This document shows, in pieces, positions 44,079 through 53,350 of a DNA stretch of 64,000 nt; positions within the stretch are counted from its first letter, which is position 1; each line of letters starts with the position of its first letter. Made by a program: the position numbers and the translations under genes. Origin of the DNA: an uncultured Acidimicrobiaceae bacterium (GTDB lineage: Bacteria > Actinomycetota > Acidimicrobiia > Acidimicrobiales > Bog-793). The notes under the pieces are model-generated. The model saw only the letters and a program-made list of their open reading frames with translations, was not told where the DNA came from and made no database searches. Location of the stretch: the NCBI GenBank assembly GCA_963831155.1, contig CAWHOY010000006.1, positions 138,987 through 202,986 on the forward strand. Direction: 5' to 3'.

Positions 44079-45770
44079 GTGGGTTACTTCTGGACGATCG
44101 TCACCCTCGTCGTCGCGCTGGGTCTGACGTGGCGCTATCTCGGTTCCTACATGGCCGCCGTCTTCGACGGCCGCGTGCACTGGCTCGCCTGGGCGGAACG
44201 ACCGATCTACCGCGCTCTGGGTACCAGCCCCGAGCAGGAACAGACCTGGAAGCGCTACGCGGTCTCGCTGATCATTTTCTCGGGTATCTCGTTCGGGCTC
44301 ACGTATCTCATCTTGCGTCTCCAGGGTTCGCTGCCGCTCAACCCCCAACACCTTGACGCGGTCGGCCCAGCACTGAGCTTCAACACTTCTGCCTCGTTCC
44401 TCACCAATACGAACTGGCAGAACTACGGCGGCGAAGAGACGATGTCGTACTTCTCCCAGATCGGCGCGCTCACCGTCCAGCAGTTCGTCTCCCCGGCCGT
44501 CGGCATCGCCGCTGCCATCGCGATGGCGCGCGGCTTTTCCCGGCGGAACTCTCCGACGATCGGCAACTTCTGGGTCGACCTCACCCGGTGCATGTTCTAC
44601 ATCCTGCTTCCCATCGCTTTTGTTGCGGGGATCATCTTCGTCGGTCAAGGTGCGGTCGAGACGCTCGCCGGCACGATCAGCATCCACGACGCCCTGAACG
44701 GCGTGACACAGACGATCGCCCGCGGACCTATCGGATTCATGGAGGCGATCAAGCAGCTCGGTACGAACGGTGGTGGCTTCCTCAACGCGAACTCGGCGAC
44801 GACGTTCGAGAACCCGACCGCCCTCACCAACTGGCTCTCGATCTACCTGCTCCTCTCGATCCCGTTCGCCCTCACCTACACCTTCGGGAAGATGGTGGGC
44901 AGCATCCGCCACGGGGTGGCACTGCTGGCGGCGATGCTTGTGATATTCGGGAGCTGGGTCGCCTTCACGAGCTACGCCGAGCACCAGGGCAACCCGGCGA
45001 TCGCCGCCGCCGGCATCAAGAGCCAGCCGACCGGAAACATGGAGGGCAAGGAGGTTCGCTTCGGCGACACGACCTCGGCGCTTTTCGGTGTTTCCTCGAC
45101 GAACACCTCGACGGGATCGGCTGACGCCTCGTACGACCAGTTCAACCCGATCGGCGGATTCGGACTGCTCACCGGAATGATGCTCGGTGAGGTCACCCCT
45201 GGCGGAACGGGCAGCGGCCTCTACACGCTTTTGATATACGCCATCATCGCCGTGTTCATCGGCGGGCTGATGATCGGGCGAACACCGGAGTACCTCGGGA
45301 AAAAGATCCAGGCCACCGAGGTGAAACTCGCCGGCCTCGGCTCGCTCGTCATGCCACTCATCGTGCTGATCTTCACAGGCATCGCGGTGTCGATCGCCGA
45401 GGGACGCGCCGGTCCTCTGAACCACGGCCCGCACGGGTTCACCGAGATCCTTTACGCCCTCACGTCACAAGGCAACAACAACGGCTCGGCCTTCGACGGG
45501 ATCTCAGGCAACACACCCTTCTACAACATCGTCGGAGCCGTCGACATGTTGATTGGACGGTTCGGCATCCTCATTCCGGGGATCGCGCTCGGAGGCGTGC
45601 TCGCCAGAAAAAACGTCGTCCCTGCCTCGCTCGGCACGTTCCGCACGGACAACACGATGTTCGTCGGGCTCGTCGTGGGCGTGATCTTGATCATCGGCGG
45701 ACTGACCTTTTTCCCCGCCGTCTCCCTCGGACCGATCGTCGAGCAACTCAGCCACGGAAGGTTCTTCTAA
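44079..45770 (+). CDS. kdpA: K+-transporting ATPase subunit A
   Basis: 563-aa polytopic protein with typical KdpA sequence (NTNWQNYGGE, selectivity-filter-like GTNGGGF). Confidence 0.95.
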   Translation: MGYFWTIVTLVVALGLTWRYLGSYMAAVFDGRVHWLAWAERPIYRALGTSPEQEQTWKRYAVSLIIFSGISFGLTYLILRLQGSLPLNPQHLDAVGPALSFNTSASFLTNTNWQNYGGEETMSYFSQIGALTVQQFVSPAVGIAAAIAMARGFSRRNSPTIGNFWVDLTRCMFYILLPIAFVAGIIFVGQGAVETLAGTISIHDALNGVTQTIARGPIGFMEAIKQLGTNGGGFLNANSATTFENPTALTNWLSIYLLLSIPFALTYTFGKMVGSIRHGVALLAAMLVIFGSWVAFTSYAEHQGNPAIAAAGIKSQPTGNMEGKEVRFGDTTSALFGVSSTNTSTGSADASYDQFNPIGGFGLLTGMMLGEVTPGGTGSGLYTLLIYAIIAVFIGGLMIGRTPEYLGKKIQATEVKLAGLGSLVMPLIVLIFTGIAVSIAEGRAGPLNHGPHGFTEILYALTSQGNNNGSAFDGISGNTPFYNIVGAVDMLIGRFGILIPGIALGGVLARKNVVPASLGTFRTDNTMFVGLVVGVILIIGGLTFFPAVSLGPIVEQLSHGRFF

Positions 45771-47879
45771 ATGGCGCCCAATGACATGAACGATCCCGTG
45801 TCAGGCGAGGCGCGCTCCGCGACAGCAATTCATGAGGGTGTCCGTCCTCAGACGATCGCCCGCGGAGTGGCGCAGTCGCGCAGCCTGTTCGACAGGGAGA
45901 TCCTCTCGCAGGCGCTCATCGGTTCCTTCCGAAAGCTCGACCCCCGGGTGCAGTTGAAGAACCCCGTCATGTTCGTCGTCCTCGTCGGGTCCTTCGTCAC
46001 CCTCATCTACGCCATCAGGCAGCCCGGCATCTTCACGTGGTCGATCACGATCTGGCTCTTTCTCACCGTTATCTTCGCCAACTTCGCCGAGGCAATGGCC
46101 GAAGGCCGCGGCAAAGCACAATCGGACACGCTGCGGCGCATGCGCTCGGAGACCGAGGCACGTCGCTTGAACGCCGACGGCACCGAGACCCGGGTGGCGG
46201 CGGCCGAGCTCGCCAAAGGCGATCTCGTCGTCTGCGAGGCAGGCGACGTCATCCCTTCGGACGGCGAGATCGTCGAGGGGATCGCGTCGGTCGACGAGTC
46301 GGCAATCACCGGCGAGTCCGCGCCGGTCATCCGCGAGTCTGGCGGCGACCGTTCCGCGGTGACCGGCGGGACCAAGGTGCTCTCCGACCGCATCGTCGTG
46401 CGCATCACCGCCGAGCGCGGGCACACCTTCCTCGACCGGATGATCATGCTCGTGGAAGGTGCGAACCGCCAGAAGACGCCGAACGAAATCGCGCTCACAA
46501 TCCTGCTTGCCGTCCTGACGATCATCTTCATCCCCGTCGTCGTCGTGTTGCAGCCCTTCGGGCACTTTGCCGGCGCGACGGTGTCGGTCGTCATCTTGGT
46601 GTCACTGCTCGTCTGCCTGATCCCGACGACGATCGGTGCGCTGTTGTCCGCGATCGGTATCGCCGGAATGGACCGTCTCGTACAACGCAACGTGCTGGCG
46701 ATGAGCGGCCGAGCGGTCGAGGCGGCCGGAGACGTGCAGACACTGTTACTCGACAAGACCGGCACGATCACCCTCGGCAACCGGATGGCGTCAGCGTTCG
46801 TCCCCGTCGGCGGCCAGAGCGAACAGGAACTCGCGGACGCGGCACAGCTCGCCTCGCTCGCCGATGAGACGCCCGAGGGTCGTTCGATCGTCGTCTTGGC
46901 CAAAGAGCGTTTCCAGATCCGCGAACGAGCCCTCCCGCCGGACCACGTCTTCGTCCCCTTCTCCGCGACGACACGGATGTCCGGACTCGACGTCGACAGC
47001 CGAAAGATCCGGAAGGGGGCCGCCGAATCCGTCAAGACCTGGGTCACAGAACAAGGCGGATCGGTGCCGGCCGACCTCGACCCGATCGTCGAGCGCATCT
47101 CGCGCGCCGGCGGGACCCCGCTCGTCGTCGCCGACGGCTCAACCATCCTCGGAGTCATCGAGCTGAAAGACGTCGTGAAACAGGGCATCCGCGAGAAATT
47201 CGACGAGATGCGCCAGATGGGTATCCGCACGGTGATGATCACCGGTGACAACCCCCTCACTGCGGCGGCGATCGCCCAAGAAGCCGGCGTCGACGACTAC
47301 CTCGCCGAAGCGACGCCCGAAGCGAAGATGGCGTTGATCCGTTCGGAACAAGAGGGCGGAAAGCTGATCGCCATGACCGGCGACGGAACGAACGACGCGC
47401 CCGCTCTCGCGCAGGCCGATGTTGGCGTGGCGATGAACACCGGGACGACTGCCGCGAAAGAAGCCGGAAACATGGTCGATCTCGACTCGAACCCGACGAA
47501 ACTCATCGACGTCGTAGAAATCGGCAAACAGCTCCTCATCACACGCGGCTCGCTCACGACTTTCTCGATCGCCAACGACGTCGCCAAGTACTTCGCGATC
47601 ATCCCAGCGCTATTCGTCGCCACCTACCCGCAGCTCGAGACGCTCAACGTCATGAAGCTCCACAGTCCACAGAGCGCCGTCCTCTCGGCAGTGATCTTCA
47701 ACGCCCTCGTCATCGTCGCCCTGATCCCCCTCGCGCTTCGCGGCGTGAAGTTCCGCCCGGCCAGCTCGGCTGCGATCCTTCGCCGCAACGTATGGATTTA
47801 CGGCGTCGGGGGCGTCATCGCTCCCTTCATCTTCATCAAGCTGATCGACCTGATCTTGACGGCGATCCACTGGTACTGA
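45771..47879 (+). CDS. kdpB: K+-transporting P-type ATPase subunit B
   Basis: DKTGTIT phosphorylation site, [14 protein letters not shown]. Confidence 0.96.
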   Translation: MAPNDMNDPVSGEARSATAIHEGVRPQTIARGVAQSRSLFDREILSQALIGSFRKLDPRVQLKNPVMFVVLVGSFVTLIYAIRQPGIFTWSITIWLFLTVIFANFAEAMAEGRGKAQSDTLRRMRSETEARRLNADGTETRVAAAELAKGDLVVCEAGDVIPSDGEIVEGIASVDESAITGESAPVIRESGGDRSAVTGGTKVLSDRIVVRITAERGHTFLDRMIMLVEGANRQKTPNEIALTILLAVLTIIFIPVVVVLQPFGHFAGATVSVVILVSLLVCLIPTTIGALLSAIGIAGMDRLVQRNVLAMSGRAVEAAGDVQTLLLDKTGTITLGNRMASAFVPVGGQSEQELADAAQLASLADETPEGRSIVVLAKERFQIRERALPPDHVFVPFSATTRMSGLDVDSRKIRKGAAESVKTWVTEQGGSVPADLDPIVERISRAGGTPLVVADGSTILGVIELKDVVKQGIREKFDEMRQMGIRTVMITGDNPLTAAAIAQEAGVDDYLAEATPEAKMALIRSEQEGGKLIAMTGDGTNDAPALAQADVGVAMNTGTTAAKEAGNMVDLDSNPTKLIDVVEIGKQLLITRGSLTTFSIANDVAKYFAIIPALFVATYPQLETLNVMKLHSPQSAVLSAVIFNALVIVALIPLALRGVKFRPASSAAILRRNVWIYGVGGVIAPFIFIKLIDLILTAIHWY

Positions 47880-47892
47880 GGAGAACGTTCTG

Positions 47893-48534
47893 ATGCTGAC
47901 CAATCTCCGCCGCTCAATCGTCATGGCTGCGATCTGTCTCGCGTTCTTCGGATTCATCTATGCACTCGCCGGCACCGGCGTGTCCCAGCTCTTCTTCCGC
48001 CACCAAGCTGACGGCTCGATAACCCCTCGTGGCTCGACGCTGATCGGCCAGAACTGGGCCGACGCGCAATGCCCCGGGCATCCACTGGGCAGCTGCGTTT
48101 TCCACGGCCGGCCCGACGACACTGGTCCCTATGCGGCAGACCCGAAGAAGAACATCGCCGGTGGCGACAACCCACTCGTCGCCAACGGCGTCCCCGGAGA
48201 GTCGGGCGGCACCAGCCTCGGCCCGCGCTCGAAGGTGCTCGTCGAAGACACGAAGGAGCTCATCGCTTACTGGCACAAGCTCGGCGTCAACCCGACACCC
48301 GACCTCGTGACGACCTCCGGCAGCGGCTATGACCCCGACATCTCCGCTTGGGACGCGACCGTTCAGATTCCGATGATTTCGAAGGCCACCGGGATCTCCC
48401 CAAAGAAGCTGCGTGCCCTCATCGCGCGGGAGAACAACAGCGCGCCGCTCGGGTTCCTCGGGTCGAGCTATATCGACGTGCTCCAGCTGAACGACGGGCT
48501 CGCGACGCTCGAGGCGCACCGACGCAGCGCTTAA
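47893..48534 (+). CDS. kdpC: K+-transporting ATPase subunit C
   Basis: N-terminal TM helix. The C-terminal region includes SGSGYDPDIS. Follows kdpB. Confidence 0.9.
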   Translation: MLTNLRRSIVMAAICLAFFGFIYALAGTGVSQLFFRHQADGSITPRGSTLIGQNWADAQCPGHPLGSCVFHGRPDDTGPYAADPKKNIAGGDNPLVANGVPGESGGTSLGPRSKVLVEDTKELIAYWHKLGVNPTPDLVTTSGSGYDPDISAWDATVQIPMISKATGISPKKLRALIARENNSAPLGFLGSSYIDVLQLNDGLATLEAHRRSA

Positions 48535-49205
48535 GAGCCAACAAGCTCGTAGCCGATACCCGGGTGGTTGCGGAGGACTTCGCCGTGCTCGTCGCCGAGC
48601 TTGCGCCGTAAACGGTGGACGTAGACACGGACGTAGTTCTGCTCCTTGCCGTATCCGGCTCCCCAGACCTGTTTCAAGATCATCTCGTGAGTACAGACCT
48701 TCCCGGAGTGCTTCGCCAAGTACGCGAGCAGCGCGAACTCGTGTGAGGTGAGCTCGAGAGAGGCGCCGTCGTGCATCGCTGTCTTGCGCGCGAAGTCGAA
48801 CATCAAGCTCCCGACGCGCAGCTCGCTCGGCTCGTTTCGCGGCACGCCCGCGTGACGAAGCGCGGTGCGCAGCCTCGCCTCGAGCTCTCCCATCGAGAAC
48901 GGCTTCGTCACATAGTCGTCGGCTCCGAGATCGAGCGCCGCCACCTTACGTTCCTCGGTGCCAGCGGCTGAGAGCACGATTACTGGCACCGTCGACCACG
49001 AGCGGATCTGTCGACAGACGTCGATTCCGTCGACGTCGCCCAAGCCGAGGTCGAGCACCACGACGTCCGGCGACGCGAGTGCGACCTGCGCGATTCCATC
49101 GGTTCCGGTGTTTGCCGCCACGACCGAATACCCGCGCGCTTCGAGACCGATCCGCAGCGCCTTGCGCAACGACGGATCGTCGTCGACAACGAGCACGCGG
49201 GTCAT
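48531..49205 (-). CDS. kdpE: OmpR-family response regulator KdpE
   Basis: Receiver domain MTRVLVVDDD...DLGLGDVDG plus a winged-helix output domain. The start is trimmed to ATG 49205, 1 nt after the kinase stop. Its stop overlaps the convergent kdpC stop (cTTAAg). Confidence 0.9.
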   Translation of the reverse strand: MTRVLVVDDDPSLRKALRIGLEARGYSVVAANTGTDGIAQVALASPDVVVLDLGLGDVDGIDVCRQIRSWSTVPVIVLSAAGTEERKVAALDLGADDYVTKPFSMGELEARLRTALRHAGVPRNEPSELRVGSLMFDFARKTAMHDGASLELTSHEFALLAYLAKHSGKVCTHEMILKQVWGAGYGKEQNYVRVYVHRLRRKLGDEHGEVLRNHPGIGYELVGS

Positions 49206-49206
49206 C

Positions 49207-50670
49207 TCAGGCGCCGGCGATGGGCAAGGTGAAAACGAAACGTGCACCCCCGCCCCTCCGTTCCTCGACGCGTGCCGATCCGCCGTGCGCCGCGACGAAC
49301 GCATCGACGATCGCAAGGCCGAGTCCGGCCCGGCCACCGCCGGAAATCCGGTTGAACATCTTGAATACCCGTTCGCGCTCCCGGTCCGGTATGCCAGGCC
49401 CCCGGTCCTCGACGGAAACCTCGACGCGATCGGCGACTCGACGAGCGGACACTTCGATCGTCGTTCCCTCCGGAGCGTGGCGTTCGGCATTTTCCAGAAG
49501 GTTCACGAGCACCTGACCAATGAGGACATGATCAACGCTGACCGGCGGTGTGCCGAGCGGGATCGACACCGCGACCCGATCGATCCACGGCGCGGCGCCG
49601 AACGCGTCGAGCGCCTCAGCAACAAGCTTGTCGACCGACGTCGTCTCGATGCGCAACTCGAACTCTCCGAACTCGATCCGCGACATGTCCAGCAGATTGG
49701 CGACGAGTCGGTCGAGGCGATCCGCTTGCGTCTCGATGAGTTCAAGCAATTCGGCGCGATCTCGCTCACTCAGGTCGACGACGTCGTTGCGCAGGTCCGA
49801 AACCGCGGCTTTCACCGAAGCGAGCGGTGTGCGAAGGTCGTGGGAGACCGCACCCAACAGCGCGTTGCGCCACGTGTCGACCTGGCGCAAGAGGGCTGAC
49901 TCGAGCGCGCGCTCGCGAAGGCGCGCGCGCTCGATCGCGAACGCGGCCTGATTGGCGTAAGCGCGCACGGCACCCATCCGCTCCTCTTCGATCTCGGGGC
50001 CCAAACAGACGAGCAGGCCGACCGCCTGTCCCGAAGCGGCGAGCGGAACACCGACAAGGTGGCGTCCGTCGATCGCAATGCCGCCCAGGCTGCGCGGCGA
50101 GCCGCCGCTCGGCGTCACGAGACGCAGCTCGTCGCGATCGATCGGACGCCCAGATCGCGCCGCGCGGCTGAATCGGGAGCCGCTCGCAAGCAAAAGCTCG
50201 ACGCCATCGAGACCGAAGGTGTCGCGGACCGACTGGGCGAGCTCTGCCAAGAGGTCATCGAGCGGCTGGTTCGTCGCCAAGGTTCCGATCACATCGACGA
50301 GATACTGACCCTCGAGCGCGCGACGCCGGTCCGCCGCCCACGAACGTCGAAGCGAACTCACGACGGGACCGATCACCACAGCGACGAGGGCATAGAAAGC
50401 GATGGGGATCGCATCCTTCGCCTCAGAGAACGCAAGCATCCCGTACGGGGGGACGAAGACGGCGTCGTAGAAAAGGAACGTTCCGACGGCCGCGAGAACA
50501 CCGACGAACGGCCCCGCGATGGCGGCGGCGACCGCGAGCGGAACAACGAGCAGGAGGCCGATCGCGATCGCGTCGTCGGCGTTGCGCAACGGCAGAAGCG
50601 CGAAGCCCACCGCACCAACGAGTGCCAGGGCGGCGATCAACCGCACGAGTTGCTGCCTTGTATTGGCCAT
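49207..50670 (-). CDS. kdpD: sensor histidine kinase, C-terminal portion of KdpD (TM/DUF4118 - GAF - HisKA - HATPase)
   Basis: Four TM helices, GAF-like segment, H-box AVSHDLRTPL, N/G boxes. It lacks the KdpD N-terminal sensor and Usp domains. Confidence 0.88.
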   Translation of the reverse strand: MANTRQQLVRLIAALALVGAVGFALLPLRNADDAIAIGLLLVVPLAVAAAIAGPFVGVLAAVGTFLFYDAVFVPPYGMLAFSEAKDAIPIAFYALVAVVIGPVVSSLRRSWAADRRRALEGQYLVDVIGTLATNQPLDDLLAELAQSVRDTFGLDGVELLLASGSRFSRAARSGRPIDRDELRLVTPSGGSPRSLGGIAIDGRHLVGVPLAASGQAVGLLVCLGPEIEEERMGAVRAYANQAAFAIERARLRERALESALLRQVDTWRNALLGAVSHDLRTPLASVKAAVSDLRNDVVDLSERDRAELLELIETQADRLDRLVANLLDMSRIEFGEFELRIETTSVDKLVAEALDAFGAAPWIDRVAVSIPLGTPPVSVDHVLIGQVLVNLLENAERHAPEGTTIEVSARRVADRVEVSVEDRGPGIPDRERERVFKMFNRISGGGRAGLGLAIVDAFVAAHGGSARVEERRGGGARFVFTLPIAGA

Positions 50671-50795
50671 GTCGCCTCGTCACCGCCTGTTCGAACCATC
50701 GTAGCGACGACCGCTTGCGCGAAAGTCGAGGTCGGGCGCGCGAACGATGGCATTCTGATCGACACGACGCACCAAAAGATCGGGGAGAATGTCAC

Positions 50796-51959
50796 ATGAC
50801 CGACATCCCCGCCGAAGCGACCGAAGACGTCGCCGATGTCGTCACGGCGACCGGGAAATTCCGGATCTACCTCGGAGCCGCCGCCGGCGTCGGTAAGACG
50901 ATCGCGATGCTCGAAGAGGGCAAACGCAGACACGACCGCGGGCGAGACGTCGTCGTCGGATTCGTCGAGACGCACAACCGCGCGCACACCGCCGAAGCGA
51001 TCCACGACTTGGAGGTCGTTCCCCGCAAGAAATTCGAGTACCGCGGCTCGATCTTCGAAGAAATGGACGTCGACGCGATCCTCGCCCGTCACCCTGATGT
51101 CGCTCTCATCGACGAGATCGCCCATACGAACGTGCCGGGATCAGGACGCAACGAGAAACGCTGGCAGGACGTCCTCGAGCTGCTCGACGCTGGTATTGCT
51201 GTGGTGAGCACGCTCAACGTCCAGCACCTCGAATCCATCGCCGACGCGGTGGAATCGATCACCGGAATCCAGGTCCGCGAACGCGTGCCCGACTGGGTCG
51301 TCCGCAGGGCCGACCAGATCGAGCTGATCGACTCGTCGCCCGAACAGCTCCGCCGGCGCATGCTGCACGGCAACATCTACAAGCCCGACAAGGTGCCAAA
51401 GGCGCTCGCCGGCTTCTTCCGCACCGAGAACCTCGTCGCGCTGCGTGAGCTCGCACTGCGATTTGTCGCCGACGAGACCGAAGAAGAGCTTCTCGACTAC
51501 CTCGCGCGTCGCAAGCCGACGTCGACGTGGGAGACGAACGAGCGGATTATGGTCGCGGTCACCGACGCGCCGGGAATGACCGGCATCGTGCGACGCGCAG
51601 CGCGCATGGCGCAACGTCTCAAGACGGACCTCGACATCGTCAACGTCGCCGATGACCGGGCGTCCGGGAGGTCCGCGCGGGAGCAGCTCGAGAACGTGCG
51701 CAAGTGCGTCGACAACGTTGGCGCCACCTGGCACGAGCTCAACGGGGACGACGCCGCAAAGGCGATCGTCGATTTCGCGCGGGCACACCAGATCACCCAG
51801 ATCGTCCTCGGCTCGAGTCGGCGCTCCCGCTGGCAAGAGTTGTTTCGCGGCTCGATCGTCTCGGCTGTGCTGCGCTATGCCGCGCAGGACGAGATCGACG
51901 TTCACGTCATCGCGCGCCAGAAGCCCCACGAACTCGCCGAGGCCGAAGAAGAAGGCTGA
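50796..51959 (+). CDS. kdpD: stand-alone KdpD N-terminal sensor domain + Usp domain protein
   Basis: FRIYLGAAAGVGKT Walker-A-like motif, ...DEIAHTN..., VSTLNVQHLES, RELALRFVAD, then a Usp domain. ATG 50796 is preceded by GGGGAGAA. Divergent from the kinase gene. Confidence 0.88.
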   Translation: MTDIPAEATEDVADVVTATGKFRIYLGAAAGVGKTIAMLEEGKRRHDRGRDVVVGFVETHNRAHTAEAIHDLEVVPRKKFEYRGSIFEEMDVDAILARHPDVALIDEIAHTNVPGSGRNEKRWQDVLELLDAGIAVVSTLNVQHLESIADAVESITGIQVRERVPDWVVRRADQIELIDSSPEQLRRRMLHGNIYKPDKVPKALAGFFRTENLVALRELALRFVADETEEELLDYLARRKPTSTWETNERIMVAVTDAPGMTGIVRRAARMAQRLKTDLDIVNVADDRASGRSAREQLENVRKCVDNVGATWHELNGDDAAKAIVDFARAHQITQIVLGSSRRSRWQELFRGSIVSAVLRYAAQDEIDVHVIARQKPHELAEAEEEG

Positions 51960-52050
51960 TCCGGCAACGCGCCCCTCTGATTCCCAAACGCGCCGCGGGG
52001 GCCGGGCCGGTTTCCCCGACCCGACCCCCGTGCCGTCGAACGAGAGAAGC

Positions 52051-52635
52051 TCAGGCTTGGAGGGTCGCCTCGGCCTCTATCTCAATCCGAACCTTGTCGG
52101 CGACGATCGCCGCGCCGTCCGCCAGGGCGTGGCCGAAGGAAACGCCGAAATCCTGACGGTTGATCTCGCCGGTCGCCGAGAAACCGAGACGCGAACCGAA
52201 GTGGGCGTCCGACACCCCTCCGTTGAACTCGAGGTTCAAGGTGACGGGCTTCGTCACGCCACGCAACGTCAGGTCGCCGGTCAGCTTCCACTCGTCACCG
52301 GCGGGCTCGATCTTCGTGCTCGTGAAGGTCATCGTCGGATAGTTCTCGACGTCAAAGAAGTCGTTCGTCCGAAGGTGCCCGTCACGGGTCTCGTCGTCGG
52401 TCGTGACGCTCGCCATGCGGACCTCCGCCGTGACCTTCGAGTCGGCCGGGTTCTCTCCAACCACGACCGTCCCGTCGAAGTCCGGGAAATGTCCCCGCAC
52501 CTTCGTCACCATCAGATGACGGGCAACGAAACTGACCTTCGTGTGGGCCTTGTCGAGGGCGTAGGCGCCCGCCGCCGGAACTACCCGGCCATCGACAACT
52601 CGCGTAATCGTCTGTTCGACGGCTTCCGTGCTCAT
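52051..52635 (-). CDS. YceI-family polyisoprenoid-binding protein
   Basis: HTKVSFVARHLMVTKVRGHF...TRDGHLRTNDFFDVENYPTMTF...GDLTLRGVTKPV signature. Confidence 0.88.
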   Translation of the reverse strand: MSTEAVEQTITRVVDGRVVPAAGAYALDKAHTKVSFVARHLMVTKVRGHFPDFDGTVVVGENPADSKVTAEVRMASVTTDDETRDGHLRTNDFFDVENYPTMTFTSTKIEPAGDEWKLTGDLTLRGVTKPVTLNLEFNGGVSDAHFGSRLGFSATGEINRQDFGVSFGHALADGAAIVADKVRIEIEAEATLQA

Positions 52636-52687
52636 CTGCTTCCTCCTGGCTTGGCATGGTCCGCCACTCGACGAACTCCCTTACTCA

Positions 52688-52706
52688 AACAATTGTTGTG
52701 TGCACA
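52688..52706. promoter_or_regulatory. adjacent palindromes AACAATTGTT and TGTGCACA in the yceI-marR intergenic region (candidate MarR operator)
   Basis: Perfect 10-bp and 8-bp palindromes between the divergent genes. Function is inferred only. Confidence 0.3.
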
Positions 52707-52730
52707 AGTATTCCCACGCGAACCGCTAAG

Positions 52731-53282
52731 ATGCTCACCATGACGGGCCGCCTGGTCAGACGGTCCGAACAGGGGTCGAGCGCAGCCATTTCCCATCGGA
52801 GCTGCAATTCCGGCATCCGGATCACCCTCGTCGGACTGCTCTTCGAGATCTCCTCGTCGCTCCAGCGGGCGCTGTTGCCCGAAATCGAGCGAAACCTCGG
52901 CCACAGCGGCCTCGCCTTCCAGGTTCTCGTCCGTCTCGCCCGGTCCCCCGGCGAGCAGCTGCGGATGACCGATCTCGCCACCCAGACCGGCCTCACGCCC
53001 GGCGGGCTCACCCGGACGATCGACCGACTCGTCGAAGCGGGTCTCGTCGCTCGCCGGTCCTGCGCCGGCGACCGCCGGGTGGTCTATGCCGAGCTCACCA
53101 GCGCCGGGCACGATCAGTGCGCGCAGCTCTTGGAGCGCCACGAACGCGACATCGCCGCGGTCCTCGACGGCGTCTTCGACGAGAAAGACGGTGCGCTCCT
53201 GCTCGCGATGCTGCAACGCTTGCGCGATCGTGTCCACCCGGGCGCGACGACGATCTCCGACGTCGAGGTGTCCGCGCGCTGA
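52731..53282 (+). CDS. MarR-family transcriptional regulator
   Basis: Winged-helix region LRMTDLATQTGLTPGGLTRTIDRLVEAGLVARRSCAGDRRVVYAELT. Start uncertain (ATG 52731 or 52740). Confidence 0.85.
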   Translation: MLTMTGRLVRRSEQGSSAAISHRSCNSGIRITLVGLLFEISSSLQRALLPEIERNLGHSGLAFQVLVRLARSPGEQLRMTDLATQTGLTPGGLTRTIDRLVEAGLVARRSCAGDRRVVYAELTSAGHDQCAQLLERHERDIAAVLDGVFDEKDGALLLAMLQRLRDRVHPGATTISDVEVSAR

Positions 53283-53350
53283 CGATCGCTTCGTTCGCTC
53301 TCAGTTCCTCGCGTTAGCGTCGACTGAGAGCAAAAAGACGGGGAGCGGAG

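Noticed and set aside
43965-47260. ORFs 43965..45434(-), 45801..46565(-) and 46007..47260(-), antisense to kdpA/kdpB
   Set aside because: kdpA and kdpB have unambiguous motifs on the plus strand. The antisense translations are Arg/Asp-rich and low in complexity.
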